Shown here piece after piece: positions 18,446-29,160 of a stretch of 64,000 bases of DNA. Under the pieces are notes generated by a model. The model worked only from the letters and a program-made list of their open reading frames with translations. It made no database searches and had not been told where the DNA came from. Position 1 is the first letter of the stretch, and each line of letters begins with the position of its first letter. Position numbers and translations under genes: made by a program. Source of the stretch: Pedosphaera sp. (GTDB lineage Bacteria > Verrucomicrobiota > Verrucomicrobiia > Limisphaerales > SIBH01); NCBI GenBank assembly GCA_031414955.1, contig JANOQV010000308.1, positions 1 to 64,000 of the forward strand, given 5' to 3'.

Positions 18446-20515
18446 CTATTGTCCGGCCGGCGTGGAATCCAGTTTGAGCACGACCTTGGCGGGCGCGCTC
18501 CACAACTGCCCTCGGCGCAGCCGGGCCGTCACGCTCAATTTTTTGTCCACGGTCAGCGGCTGGCTGAACGGTTGCGCTGCGGCCGACTTGCCGCCACCCG
18601 AGGCGCGCGGGTCGGAGCCATCCGTGGTGAAATAGATTTCTCCGCGCTCGCCGCTGAGAGTCAGCTTGGTGCCGGGTTTCACTGGGCCGGAGTTTTCCGA
18701 AAATTGCGGAGCCCGCAGATACTGCCGGTCGATCCACGCAGACCGGTTCTTGATCCAAGTCTTCATCCAGTTGACCTCGGCCTCGTAGGTCGGGCCGACA
18801 TAGGAATTGGGCTGCACGTTCCGTCCGATGACCCGCCACTTGTTGTTGTCGCGGGGTTGGGCTTCACGAAGCTGCGCCCGAATGGCATCCACCCGGGCCA
18901 GCACGCGATCCTGGGCCAGGACGTTGGTGCGCAGTTCCGCCCAGCGATCGGTGAGGCGCTGGATAAAGTTGGGATCGTCCTTGAGCCGGTAGATCCAGGA
19001 GATCTCCGTGTCGCGCAGGTTCTGATAATACCAGCCGCTCGGTTCATCCGCCTCGTAGTAGTCGGCGTTGCCAAAGCTCAGGTTCCAGTCCCAAGCCGGA
19101 CCCATGACGAGTTTTCCGCCGCGCGGCTTGGTGAGAAACGCGCTGTAGCGCAGGGCGTCAATGTTCTTGCTGAACTCCACCAGCCAGAAGAAATCCACGA
19201 AGGCCTCGACATCGAGGTATTTGGCGTAGCCCTTCTGAGGGTCGGCAAAATTAGGCCCGTGCAAGGCGCGCTCGAATTCGGCCAGATAGCCGGTGATCCA
19301 TTTCTTCTGCTGGGCGGTCAGCTCGGTTTCCTCCGGCTCGACATGGAAAAGATGCAGCCCCTGCGGCGTGATGAATCCCACTCCGTCGTTGTTGGATCGG
19401 GGCGGACCGCCAAACCCGCCCCGGTTGCGCCCGCCGCCACCCGCGTTCATCGCGCCGTGATCGCGCTTGAGGATGTAACCGCCGGAGATGTCCGGCTCGG
19501 CGTTATGCTCAGGGCCAAGCTTGGCGATGTTCACGCGCTCCTTGCCGCGTTTGATTTTCTCCACCAGCACATAGACGCCCGCGTAGTCGCGCGAGGCGCT
19601 GAGCGTGCCGTTGTAATAATGCACGAACACTTCCACGAAACGGGTGCGCGGCGCGTAGTGACCCATGGCATTACCCAACTCGTAACCGAGCACATCGCGC
19701 ATCATCGTCTTGTCCGAATAGGGCGCGTAAAGCACCCAGTCCGACTCCGAGGGCATCCCGAACAGCGGAGCTTTGACCTTGTCCCCGTCGCCATCGCGCA
19801 GTTTCAAGGTGAAGGATGACTTGGGCAGGCGCAGCGAACTGTAGCCGCGACGTTTAATCTCCGCCTCGCCATCGTAATCCGCCGGCCCGAAGATCGAGGC
19901 GCGCTCCCTGGAAGTGTTGATGAAGCGCACCGCCATCGGGACGTAATTCACGGTCCCGGCACGCTGGTCAAACATGTCGATGACCACGATGGGGAGGTTC
20001 GAATTGAAGTTCGCCAGATCGCCCGCCGCAATCGTATAAGAGTGCGAGACGGTGAGGCTCGGGGCCACGCCAGGCTGGAAGCAGGTGGCCCGGATCCGGG
20101 TGGTTTCCTTGATCGTGAGGGCTGAGGCATAAACCGCCGAACGTTCGGTTGGCTCCGTGCCGTCGAGTGTGTACCGAATCGCCGCCTGGGTAGCCTTGGC
20201 CTGGAGCTTCACGGTGACGGTGTTCGTGTAGATGCCACCGGCCACCGAGAACTGGGGCGGCTCGGCGCGCGGCCCGGCAGGCTTGGGCCGGCGCGCAGCC
20301 GTGGGCTGTCCCGTGGTCGGACGAATCGGCCGGCCCACGGGCGTGGCGAATCCCTCCCGCTGCGCCTGCTGCGGTCCCGGCTGGAAAGCCCGACGCTGAT
20401 GAAAGCTGTTGGAGAGGATGTTGGCCCCGATGAAACCGATGATGGCCAGTTGCACCGCAACCACGGCCAGCACCGTGACAATGAGCCACGCGGTCTTCCT
20501 GGAACTGATTGCCAT
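18446..20515 (-). CDS. CotH family kinase flanked by Fn3-associated (chitobiase C-terminal-like) domains
   Basis: RRGYSS, DWVLYAPYSDKT, GVYVLVEKIKR, NIDA, GPAWDWNLSFGN; IRYTLDGTEP and IYFTTDGSDP domains; N-terminal TM. Confidence 0.9.
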   Translation of the reverse strand: MAISSRKTAWLIVTVLAVVAVQLAIIGFIGANILSNSFHQRRAFQPGPQQAQREGFATPVGRPIRPTTGQPTAARRPKPAGPRAEPPQFSVAGGIYTNTVTVKLQAKATQAAIRYTLDGTEPTERSAVYASALTIKETTRIRATCFQPGVAPSLTVSHSYTIAAGDLANFNSNLPIVVIDMFDQRAGTVNYVPMAVRFINTSRERASIFGPADYDGEAEIKRRGYSSLRLPKSSFTLKLRDGDGDKVKAPLFGMPSESDWVLYAPYSDKTMMRDVLGYELGNAMGHYAPRTRFVEVFVHYYNGTLSASRDYAGVYVLVEKIKRGKERVNIAKLGPEHNAEPDISGGYILKRDHGAMNAGGGGRNRGGFGGPPRSNNDGVGFITPQGLHLFHVEPEETELTAQQKKWITGYLAEFERALHGPNFADPQKGYAKYLDVEAFVDFFWLVEFSKNIDALRYSAFLTKPRGGKLVMGPAWDWNLSFGNADYYEADEPSGWYYQNLRDTEISWIYRLKDDPNFIQRLTDRWAELRTNVLAQDRVLARVDAIRAQLREAQPRDNNKWRVIGRNVQPNSYVGPTYEAEVNWMKTWIKNRSAWIDRQYLRAPQFSENSGPVKPGTKLTLSGERGEIYFTTDGSDPRASGGGKSAAAQPFSQPLTVDKKLSVTARLRRGQLWSAPAKVVLKLDSTPAGQ

Positions 20516-20632
20516 GCTGGTGATGGAGACTAGACGCGAGGTCAAAAGGTTTCTTCAACCACGGGCGTCATCGGGTTGGTTGAGGGTTGCTTCATGTTCA
20601 AAGGCGGCCGCCAGGCCCCCGGCCCTGTCATC

Positions 20633-21496
20633 TCAGTGAGTCATCGCATACACGATGATGTTGATGCCCATGGGGAACGCCTTCGGCTCGGAGAACTGGC
20701 GGAAGTATTCCTCGTTCTCCCCTTCGCGTTCCCAGCCGTCGCCCAGATCGGTGTTGTGACAGGCGATGACCATGAGGCGTCCCTTGTCATCGAAGATGCC
20801 GCGGTAGTGGACCTCCTCGCCCTCGGCGTTACGCTCATGGGTCGCACCGCGTTTGATGAAATGCGGAATGCCCGGGACCTGTGGTTTCTCCTTGAGCGGG
20901 AAAACGGTGCTGAAAATAGGGTGCGTGATCTCCAGGTCCACCAGCTTCTGCTTGGGATGAGTGCCGGCTGGAAACAGTCGCTCCATCTCGGCGGCAAAAG
21001 CCTCCCATTCGCGATCACCCCAGAAGTCATCCAGCATCAGGAAGCCGCCGTTGAGCAGGTATTTCCTCATGATGGGAAGTTCCTCGTCCTTGAAGACACC
21101 GCGGCCCGGTTCCACCACGTAGAGGAAGGGAAAGTCCGTCAACTCCTGGTCCGTCATCTTCACCACGCGCCCGTCCGGATCAACGTTCAAGGAAGTCATC
21201 TGGTGCAACCGATACGACATGTCGAGGTCGCTCAAGGGGAAGTCGATCAGGAAGCGATCTTCGGCCTGACTGGAACCGCGACCGTACTTGTCGTAGTCCG
21301 CCACGTATTGCAGGCGGGCAAAGGTGAAGGCGTCCTTCTTGAAATCGGGATCGACCGGCCAGGTGGGCGCATTCTGAGTGTAAGCCTCGCGCGCCGTCTT
21401 GAAGTTCCCGCCTTGCATTGAGACATCATCCCCCGAGGCGATGAAGGCGATCCCCACGAGCAAAACGATCACGGCGATGTTGCGGCTCCATTTCAT
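20633..21496 (-). CDS. DUF4159 domain protein, exported
   Basis: FTFARLQY, PFLYVVEPG, YLLNGGFLMLDDFWG, NTDLGDGWE, MGINIIVYAMTH. Confidence 0.85.
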   Translation of the reverse strand: MKWSRNIAVIVLLVGIAFIASGDDVSMQGGNFKTAREAYTQNAPTWPVDPDFKKDAFTFARLQYVADYDKYGRGSSQAEDRFLIDFPLSDLDMSYRLHQMTSLNVDPDGRVVKMTDQELTDFPFLYVVEPGRGVFKDEELPIMRKYLLNGGFLMLDDFWGDREWEAFAAEMERLFPAGTHPKQKLVDLEITHPIFSTVFPLKEKPQVPGIPHFIKRGATHERNAEGEEVHYRGIFDDKGRLMVIACHNTDLGDGWEREGENEEYFRQFSEPKAFPMGINIIVYAMTH

Positions 21497-21668
21497 TGGC
21501 TGGGGCGCACTCTGCGGGAAGGTCCCGGCCCGCGCAACGCTGGGTTTGTCAAAATTACGCCCGGTCGCCCATCCGGCCGGGGATACGGTCGATTGCTGGA
21601 CAACAGCGCCCTGCCCGCGCGGCTCAATGGTTTGACTATTGGAATTCAAAGCCTGGATCGTCCCGCCC

Positions 21669-21980
21669 ATGTCCTTGCCTGCTTGCCTGACAACTCAGGG
21701 CGATGTCGTGCTCCTGCGCGTGAAGGTGCAACCGCGCGCGTCCCGCAGCGAGATCGGCGAGGTGCTGGGCCAGGAATTGAAAATCAAGATCACCGCCCCG
21801 CCCGTGGACTCCGCCGCTAACGAGGCGCTGGTGCGGTTCCTGGCCGAAGTGCTGGGCTGCCCGCGCGGCGCGGTCCAACTGGTGCGCGGCCCAACTTCCC
21901 GGCACAAGGTCATCGCCATTCGCGGGATGAAGGCGGATGAAGTCGCGGCACGATTGAGCCCAGCGGCGGCGGAAAAATAG
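21669..21980 (+). CDS. DUF167 (YggU/UPF0235) family protein
   Basis: VKVQPRAS, LKIKITAPPVD..AN, G.TSRHK. Confidence 0.9.
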   Translation: MSLPACLTTQGDVVLLRVKVQPRASRSEIGEVLGQELKIKITAPPVDSAANEALVRFLAEVLGCPRGAVQLVRGPTSRHKVIAIRGMKADEVAARLSPAAAEK

Positions 21981-22027
21981 CCCGAACCGGCGCTTGCCGG
22001 GCATTTGATATTCGTCATCCTTCCACC

Positions 22028-22450
22028 ATGAATCCAACACGTCTCATTCTCGCCATCATCGCGGTGTTTGTCGGGGTGTTCGCCACGGACATGCTCATCC
22101 ACGGCGTCTGGCTCAACGCAACTTACAAAGCCACTATGCAGCTTTGGCGATCGGAGGCGGACATGCAGAAACAAATGGGCTGGCTCATCGCCGGCCAGAT
22201 CCTCACCGCGCTGATATTCGTGCTGATCTGGGCGCACGCCGCCATCCGTTCCCTGCCCTGGGCCTGCGCCTATGGACTGTGCATGGCGCTGTTTCAACAG
22301 GCGACCACCTTGATCACCTACGCGGTGCAACCCATGCCGGGTGAGATCATGCTCAAATGGTTTGCGGCTGGCACCGGACAAGGACTGCTCATGGGGGTGA
22401 TTCTCCACTTGGTGTACAAACCCAAACCGGCGGCCCCAGCGAGCGTCTGA
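22028..22450 (+). CDS. Hypothetical four-TM membrane protein
   Basis: Four hydrophobic segments, coding-like codon usage, co-oriented with neighbours. Confidence 0.75.
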   Translation: MNPTRLILAIIAVFVGVFATDMLIHGVWLNATYKATMQLWRSEADMQKQMGWLIAGQILTALIFVLIWAHAAIRSLPWACAYGLCMALFQQATTLITYAVQPMPGEIMLKWFAAGTGQGLLMGVILHLVYKPKPAAPASV

Positions 22451-22479
22451 CGCGCCGCTTCCTTTGCCTGCACCAAATC

Positions 22480-22950
22480 ATGAAAACCAAAGCTCATTTC
22501 CAAGCCACCGGCTACCACACCGCCACGCCTTACCTGATCGCGTCTGACGCGGCGGGGGCGATTGAGTTCTACCAGCAGGCTTTTGGCGCCACCGAATTGA
22601 TGCGTATCCCCGCACCCGGCGGAAAAGTCGGCCATGCTGAGATTCAGATCGGCGACTCGCGCCTCATGCTGGCCGACGAAGCGCCGCAGTGTAGTGCGCT
22701 CAGCCCAAAGACCATCGGCGGCACGCCGGTTTCACTCATGCTCTATGTGCCGGACGTGGATGCGATGTTTGCCCGGGCCGTGTCGCTGGGCGCGAAAGTT
22801 CTGAGGCCGGTGCAGGATCAGTTCTACGGCGACCGCAGCGGCTCGCTCACCGATCCGTTCGGCCACCAGTGGACCATCGCCACGCATGTGGAGGACGTTC
22901 CGCCTGATGAACTTGCGAAACGTGCCGCCGCTTTGTTTGGCGGGCCGTAG
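22480..22950 (+). CDS. VOC/glyoxalase (PhnB-like) protein
   Basis: TPYL...AIEFY..AFGA, HAEIQIGDS.LMLADE, DQFYGDRSG...DPFGH.W. Confidence 0.92.
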   Translation: MKTKAHFQATGYHTATPYLIASDAAGAIEFYQQAFGATELMRIPAPGGKVGHAEIQIGDSRLMLADEAPQCSALSPKTIGGTPVSLMLYVPDVDAMFARAVSLGAKVLRPVQDQFYGDRSGSLTDPFGHQWTIATHVEDVPPDELAKRAAALFGGP

Positions 22951-22979
22951 CGGACACACCTTGGAATTCCCAACAACAC

Positions 22980-23075
22980 GAGACTGGAAAGCCTCATCAC
23001 CGGCCGGCTGGAAAGCCGGCGCTCCAGGTGACGCCGACATTCTTGTCGGCAGGTAGCGACACTTTCCAGTGTCGC
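22980..23075. repeat. Cluster of four short REP-like hairpins (TGGAAAG / CTTTCCA-type loops)
   Basis: GAGACTGGAAAGCCTC, GCCGGCTGGAAAGCCGGC, GCCGACATTCTTGTCGGC, GCGACACTTTCCAGTGTCGC. Confidence 0.75.
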
Positions 23076-23147
23076 AGTTCAGCTCTGGCGGAAGACGCCA
23101 TTGATTTGTGAATGCCACGGCGGTGAAACGCCGTCCAAGCCCGACGC

Positions 23148-24047
23148 ATGAAAACTCTGATCGCTCTCTTGATGGCGGCCACCGTCGTCCCGTTCGCGCG
23201 AGCCGCCGACGCGCCGGCCAAGGAACCGGATTACAACGCCCAATACAAACTCGGCCCTGATTCCATGCCACAGGAAGGCGTGCCGCGCGGCGAGTTGATC
23301 AAGATGCCGCCCTTCACCAACAGCACGGTCTATCCCGGCACGGTGCGCGACTGGTGGATTTACGTGCCCAAACAATACGATGCCGCCAAGCCCGCCTGCC
23401 TGATGGTCTTTCAAGACGGCGGCGGCTACTCACAGACCAACGGCCAGTATCGCGTGCCGGTCGTGTTCGACAATCTGATCGCCAAGGGCGACATGCCGGT
23501 GACTATTGGCGTCTTCGTCAATCCGGGCAGCATTCCCGCCGAACAATCCGGACAACGGCCGCGCCAGAACCGCAGCTTTGAATACGATTCGATGGGCGAT
23601 CTGTATTCCAAGTTCTTGATCTCGGAACTGCTGCCGGAGGTCACCAGGAAATACAACATCACCAAAGAGCCGGACGGTCGGGCCATCGGCGGGGCCAGTT
23701 CGGGCGGCATCTGCGCCTTCACCGTGGCGTGGGAACGGCCGGATGAATTCCGCAAGGTGCTCAGCCATATTGGCAGCTTCACCAACATCCGCGGCGGGCA
23801 CAATTACGCGGCCATGATCCGCAAGACGGAGCGGAAGCCGCTCCGCGTTTTCCTTCAGGATGGCTCGCACGATCTCGACAACGTCCATGGCAACTGGCCC
23901 CTGGCCAATCAGGAGATGGCCCTCGCGCTCAAGTCCATGAGCTACGACTACCAGTTCGTGCTCGGCGAAGGCTCGCACAGCGGCAAGCACGGCGGGGCCA
24001 TCCTGCCCGATTCGTTGCGCTGGCTGTGGCGCGGCTGGAAAAATTGA
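23148..24047 (+). CDS. Exported esterase, enterochelin esterase (Fes)-like alpha/beta hydrolase
   Basis: Signal peptide, MVFQDG, NRSFEYD, nucleophile elbow GASSGG, C-terminal His (GSHSGKH). Confidence 0.88.
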   Translation: MKTLIALLMAATVVPFARAADAPAKEPDYNAQYKLGPDSMPQEGVPRGELIKMPPFTNSTVYPGTVRDWWIYVPKQYDAAKPACLMVFQDGGGYSQTNGQYRVPVVFDNLIAKGDMPVTIGVFVNPGSIPAEQSGQRPRQNRSFEYDSMGDLYSKFLISELLPEVTRKYNITKEPDGRAIGGASSGGICAFTVAWERPDEFRKVLSHIGSFTNIRGGHNYAAMIRKTERKPLRVFLQDGSHDLDNVHGNWPLANQEMALALKSMSYDYQFVLGEGSHSGKHGGAILPDSLRWLWRGWKN

Positions 24048-24142
24048 AGCCGGCTCCGTAAATCTACGAAGCCCTTCCCCCGTGTGCTTAACTGAACCTG
24101 CGCGCTTGCGGTGCGCCGCCTTTTGTCCATATTCCTCCCCCG

Positions 24143-24715
24143 ATGAATAACTGGATTGCCGATTACATCCGCTTGCAGAAAGCCGCGCTGGATTCCATTC
24201 CCGTCGATCAGGTCGCCAAGCTCGTGGACCGATTGAACAAAACCGTGGCGGAAGACCGCCAGATCTTCGCCTTCGGGAACGGCGGCAGCGCCTCGAATTG
24301 TTCCCACTTCGCCACCGATCTCGGCAAAGGCTCCTCCGACAAGATCGGCAAACGCTTTCGCGTCCTCTCGCTCAATGACAACGTGAGTTGGATGACGGCC
24401 ATCGGCAACGACTACGCCTACGAGGACATCTACGTGCGCCAGTTGGAAAACTACGGCCGCCCGGGTGATGTGGCGCTCTCGGTCAGCGTGAGCGGCAACT
24501 CACCCAACTGCGTGAAAGCTCTCGACTGGGCCAAGCGGAACGGTCTCCACACCATTGCTCTGGTCGGGGCCAAGCGCGGTCGCATGGCGGACATCGCCCA
24601 CGACGTCATCGTCATCGACGACACGCACTACGGACGGGTCGAAGACGCGCAGATGGGCATTCTGCACCTGCTCTGCTACGCCTTCATGGAGAAGCCGGAG
24701 ATCGCAAAGGCGTAG
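24143..24715 (+). CDS. SIS-domain sugar isomerase (GmhA/phosphoheptose isomerase-like)
   Basis: FGNGGSAS..SHFATDL, TAIGND, SVSGNSPN, VED.Q...H. Confidence 0.88.
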   Translation: MNNWIADYIRLQKAALDSIPVDQVAKLVDRLNKTVAEDRQIFAFGNGGSASNCSHFATDLGKGSSDKIGKRFRVLSLNDNVSWMTAIGNDYAYEDIYVRQLENYGRPGDVALSVSVSGNSPNCVKALDWAKRNGLHTIALVGAKRGRMADIAHDVIVIDDTHYGRVEDAQMGILHLLCYAFMEKPEIAKA

Positions 24716-24932
24716 CGCCACCGCCGACTTCCCAGGCCGGATTCATTCTCCCCGACAACCCCGCTGGCCCAAAATACGACGTGCCCGCCAGCACGCGGAA
24801 GTCACGGCCTGTTGCGAGGGCGGAAGACTGGAACCAGTATTTCGTCACGCGTTCATCTTGCTTCCAAGTCAGATTGTTCCGCGTCAAGACGCCCCTCCCT
24901 GCGGGCTTTCGTCCTGCCTGGAAGGTGACCCG

Positions 24933-24985
24933 AAATAAGAAACCCGAACTCCGAGGCAGCGTCATCGCCACTTCGGAGTCCGGGT
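24933..24985 (-). terminator. Hairpin, probable terminator of gap
   Basis: ACCCGAACTCCGAGG / CTTCGGAGTCCGGGT stem with a T-rich tail on the minus strand. Confidence 0.55.
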
Positions 24986-25003
24986 CGAAAGCGCGAACCA
25001 GGG

Positions 25004-26176
<1,173 letters not shown>

Positions 26177-26348
26177 CTAAAACTTCCGATCCGGGCCAGC
26201 AAAGTTAAGGAAGAGAACCAGCGGTGGAGGATGGCGGTGGACTGGCAAGTCCACGCGCCGAGGGATGGACCCGGCGACATCTTGTGACGCGCTCGTCACC
26301 AAAATTTTCTTCCGTTCGTTTCGCGCCTGCGGCCATTGTTCCGCCCAC

Positions 26349-27302
26349 ATGTCCATGGTGCGTCGTGCGGTCATCGATATCGGGACCAACTCCGTCAAGT
26401 TGTTGGTCGCCGATGTGGACGGTACTTTGGTCGTGCCAGTCTTCGAAGAGAGTGAGCAGACGAGATTGGGCCAGGGCTTCTACGAAACGCAACGGCTCCA
26501 ACCGGACGTCATCGCGCACACGGCGGACGCAGTGGCCCAGTTCGCTGGCATTGCCCGGATCAGGAACGCCGCCTCGCTCCGGGTCATCGCCACCAGCGCG
26601 GCGCGCGATGCACAGAACCAGCAGGAGTTGCTCGACGCCATCAAACAGGCCTCGGGGCTGGAGGTGGACATTATCTCCGGCCAGCAGGAGGCGGATCTGG
26701 TTTATCAGGGCGTGCGCTCGGACCTGAAACTGGCTGGACGCCGGCTGCTGATTCTCGATGTGGGGGGTGGAAGCAGCGAATTCATGCTCGGGCAGGGTGA
26801 GCACCCGGAGTTTTCCCGCAGCTTCGCGCTGGGCAGCGTGCGCCTGTTGGAGTTGATGCGACCCTCCGACCCACCCACCCCGGCGGAACTGGACCGTTGC
26901 CGCGATTACCTTCGGAGATTTTTCATGGAGCAGATTCGCCAACCGCTGACGGACGCGCTGGCGAGCGGGCGCGAACACACCACGCTGATCGGCACCGGCG
27001 GCGCGGCCACCATTCTCGCGCGCATGGAATACGCGCTCGACAAGTATCACCGGCAGGAAATTGAAGGCGCGCACATCCCACTCGAATCAATCCAAGGCTG
27101 GATGAAGAAGCTCTGGTCAATGCCGCTGGCCGAGCGCAAGAAAATCACCGGCCTGCCCAAGAAACGCGCCGACGTGATTCTGACAGGCATGGCCATCTAC
27201 GAGACCGTGCTGGAAGAATTCGGCTTCGCCGAGTTGCGCGCCAGCACGCGCGGGCTGCGCTTTGCCGCCGTGATGCAGGCACCGGTGGCGGTGGTAGCCT
27301 AG
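26349..27302 (+). CDS. ppx: Ppx/GppA phosphatase (short form)
   Basis: IDIGTNSVKL, TRLG, ATSAARDA.N, DVGGGSSE, RADVI..G, GLR. Confidence 0.9.
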   Translation: MSMVRRAVIDIGTNSVKLLVADVDGTLVVPVFEESEQTRLGQGFYETQRLQPDVIAHTADAVAQFAGIARIRNAASLRVIATSAARDAQNQQELLDAIKQASGLEVDIISGQQEADLVYQGVRSDLKLAGRRLLILDVGGGSSEFMLGQGEHPEFSRSFALGSVRLLELMRPSDPPTPAELDRCRDYLRRFFMEQIRQPLTDALASGREHTTLIGTGGAATILARMEYALDKYHRQEIEGAHIPLESIQGWMKKLWSMPLAERKKITGLPKKRADVILTGMAIYETVLEEFGFAELRASTRGLRFAAVMQAPVAVVA

Positions 27303-28147
27303 CCGAGAAGGGCGTTGCTCCAGCGTTCGCCGGCTTTCAGCACACGGTAGTTCTGTTTCAAATCCTCCGCCGCGCGGATGAATTCCTCCGGCGACGCGGT
27401 GTTGAAATCAAACATCTCGTAGTGGCAGGGAATGACCACGCCCGCGCGGATGTCCTTCGCCAGTCGCGCCGCTTCACGGCCGTTCAGATTTCCGGCCACG
27501 CGGCGTTCTGGAAAATCACCATTGATCGGGAGCACGGCGACATCGACGCCAAATCCCGCGAGCCTCTCCGCCAGGCCCTCGTAGAGCAGCGTGTCGCCCG
27601 AATGGTAGATGCGGAAATCGCCGCATTGGACAACGTAGCCGAGGCATTGGTGCCGGCCCCATTCGTCTTTCTCCAGTTCTGGATGCGCGGCGGGCACGGC
27701 CGTGATTTGAAAAACGCCGAAATGTTTCGTTTCGCCCGCAGTCAGGCCGTGCGGCTGTTCCAGCGGAAGCCGCAGCCGGTCAGCAACGAAAATGCGATTC
27801 GCCTCCGGGATCACAAACACCATTTTTGAATTCACCCGCAGCAACGGCCCAAGGGTCTCCGGATCGAGATGGTCGGTGTGCTTGTGGCTGGAAGTGACTA
27901 CATCAATGAAATCGAGCCGCTCGGGCGCAATGACGCGCTCAGTCAGGCGCACATGCGGCTGATCCGTGGCGGCGTACTTGTGTGTGAGTGAATCGGAAAG
28001 ATAAGGATCAAGCAGCAGGTGGTGCCCCTGCCATTGCACGAGGAAGCCGCTCTGCCCGAGCCACCACAGATGCAGGTCATTCGGATATTCCCGCGCGGCA
28101 CGCACATCGGCGAGGAAGACATCATCTTGAAGGAGTGGCTGAATCAT
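27299..28147 (-). CDS. Metallo-beta-lactamase fold hydrolase (UlaG-like)
   Basis: WLGQSGF, DPYLS, SHKHTDH, YHSGDT, LPING, IPCHY. Confidence 0.88.
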   Translation of the reverse strand: MIQPLLQDDVFLADVRAAREYPNDLHLWWLGQSGFLVQWQGHHLLLDPYLSDSLTHKYAATDQPHVRLTERVIAPERLDFIDVVTSSHKHTDHLDPETLGPLLRVNSKMVFVIPEANRIFVADRLRLPLEQPHGLTAGETKHFGVFQITAVPAAHPELEKDEWGRHQCLGYVVQCGDFRIYHSGDTLLYEGLAERLAGFGVDVAVLPINGDFPERRVAGNLNGREAARLAKDIRAGVVIPCHYEMFDFNTASPEEFIRAAEDLKQNYRVLKAGERWSNALLG

Positions 28148-28229
28148 GGGCCTAGTGTTGTCATGGCGAAGCCGGGTTTGTCCAACCACAACCCGTCGGA
28201 GCGCGATCTGGCGTTTGGGGAATAACGGT

Positions 28230-28258
28230 TTGACAGCATTTTTGCCGACATCTAGTTT
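28230..28258 (+). promoter_or_regulatory. Putative sigma70 promoter of the 28278 ORF-trxA-pilC-aminotransferase run
   Basis: TTGACA-N17-TAGTTT, 19 nt upstream of the ATG at 28278. Confidence 0.65.
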
Positions 28259-28277
28259 CACGCCACAAAATAATCTT

Positions 28278-28793
28278 ATGTCCGAGCCAACTCCAAATCC
28301 ACCGACTCCAGATGGAGTGCCGCCCCGGCCGCCCGAAGCGGCCAAGGTGCAACCGAAGAAGGAAACCGTTCGCATCGCGCTGCCGCCCAAGCCGACGGCG
28401 GCCCCGACGATCAAGCTCCCGGCCTTGCCGCCCACGAGTGCGGGCACCGCAGCGGCGGCCCCTTCGGCGGCGGCTCCTCGTCCGGTGGTTTCCGCAGCCG
28501 CTCCGCCGGCCGCGGCCCCGCGTCCGGTTGGCTCCGCGCCACCGCCTCCCTCTCCTCCCACCTCCGCAGGCGCGCGGCCCGGCACAGCCGTCTCACGTCC
28601 GGGCGCTCCGGCGGCGGCTCCAGCCAAAGCACCGGTGACTCCCGCCGCCAAGGCTCCCGCCGCCAAGGCACCAGGCGCACCCCGCACCGTCGGCACGTTC
28701 GATACTGTGCTGGCGCTTGTGGCCATGCTCGTTGGCCTCGCCGCCATCGTCAGCGTGCTTTCGCTGATGTTCGGCCCTTGGAAAATGGACTGA
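28278..28793 (+). CDS. Pro/Ala-rich disordered protein with a single C-terminal TM helix
   Basis: Low-complexity P/A body, KKETVRIALP and PTIKLP motifs, TM VLALVAMLVGLAAIVSVLSLMF; good promoter directly upstream. Confidence 0.8.
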   Translation: MSEPTPNPPTPDGVPPRPPEAAKVQPKKETVRIALPPKPTAAPTIKLPALPPTSAGTAAAAPSAAAPRPVVSAAAPPAAAPRPVGSAPPPPSPPTSAGARPGTAVSRPGAPAAAPAKAPVTPAAKAPAAKAPGAPRTVGTFDTVLALVAMLVGLAAIVSVLSLMFGPWKMD

Positions 28794-28816
28794 TTCACTC
28801 GAACAAACAGGAATTT

Positions 28817-29146
28817 ATGGCTGAAAATCTGGTCACTCTGACCGTGGAAAATTTCCCCGCTGAAGTCATCAACTCCGCCACGCCCGTGCTGGTGGATTTC
28901 TGGGCCGAATGGTGCGGCCCTTGCAAGATGATCGCGCCCGTGCTCGCCGAACTGGCCACCGAGTACGGGGGCAAGATGAAGATCGGCAAGGTCAACATCG
29001 ACGACCATCAGCAACTGGCGATCAACTACAACATCCAGTCCATTCCCACGCTGCTCTTCTTCAAGGGTGGCCAGGTCGCCGGGCAGGTCGTGGGCGCGCA
29101 AAGCAAAAGCGCCCTCAAGGCCGCCATCGACCGCGTGCTCGCGTAA
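28817..29146 (+). CDS. trxA: Thioredoxin
   Basis: VDFWAEWCGPCK, SIPTL. Confidence 0.97.
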   Translation: MAENLVTLTVENFPAEVINSATPVLVDFWAEWCGPCKMIAPVLAELATEYGGKMKIGKVNIDDHQQLAINYNIQSIPTLLFFKGGQVAGQVVGAQSKSALKAAIDRVLA

Positions 29147-29160
29147 GGCGCGCGGGCGGC

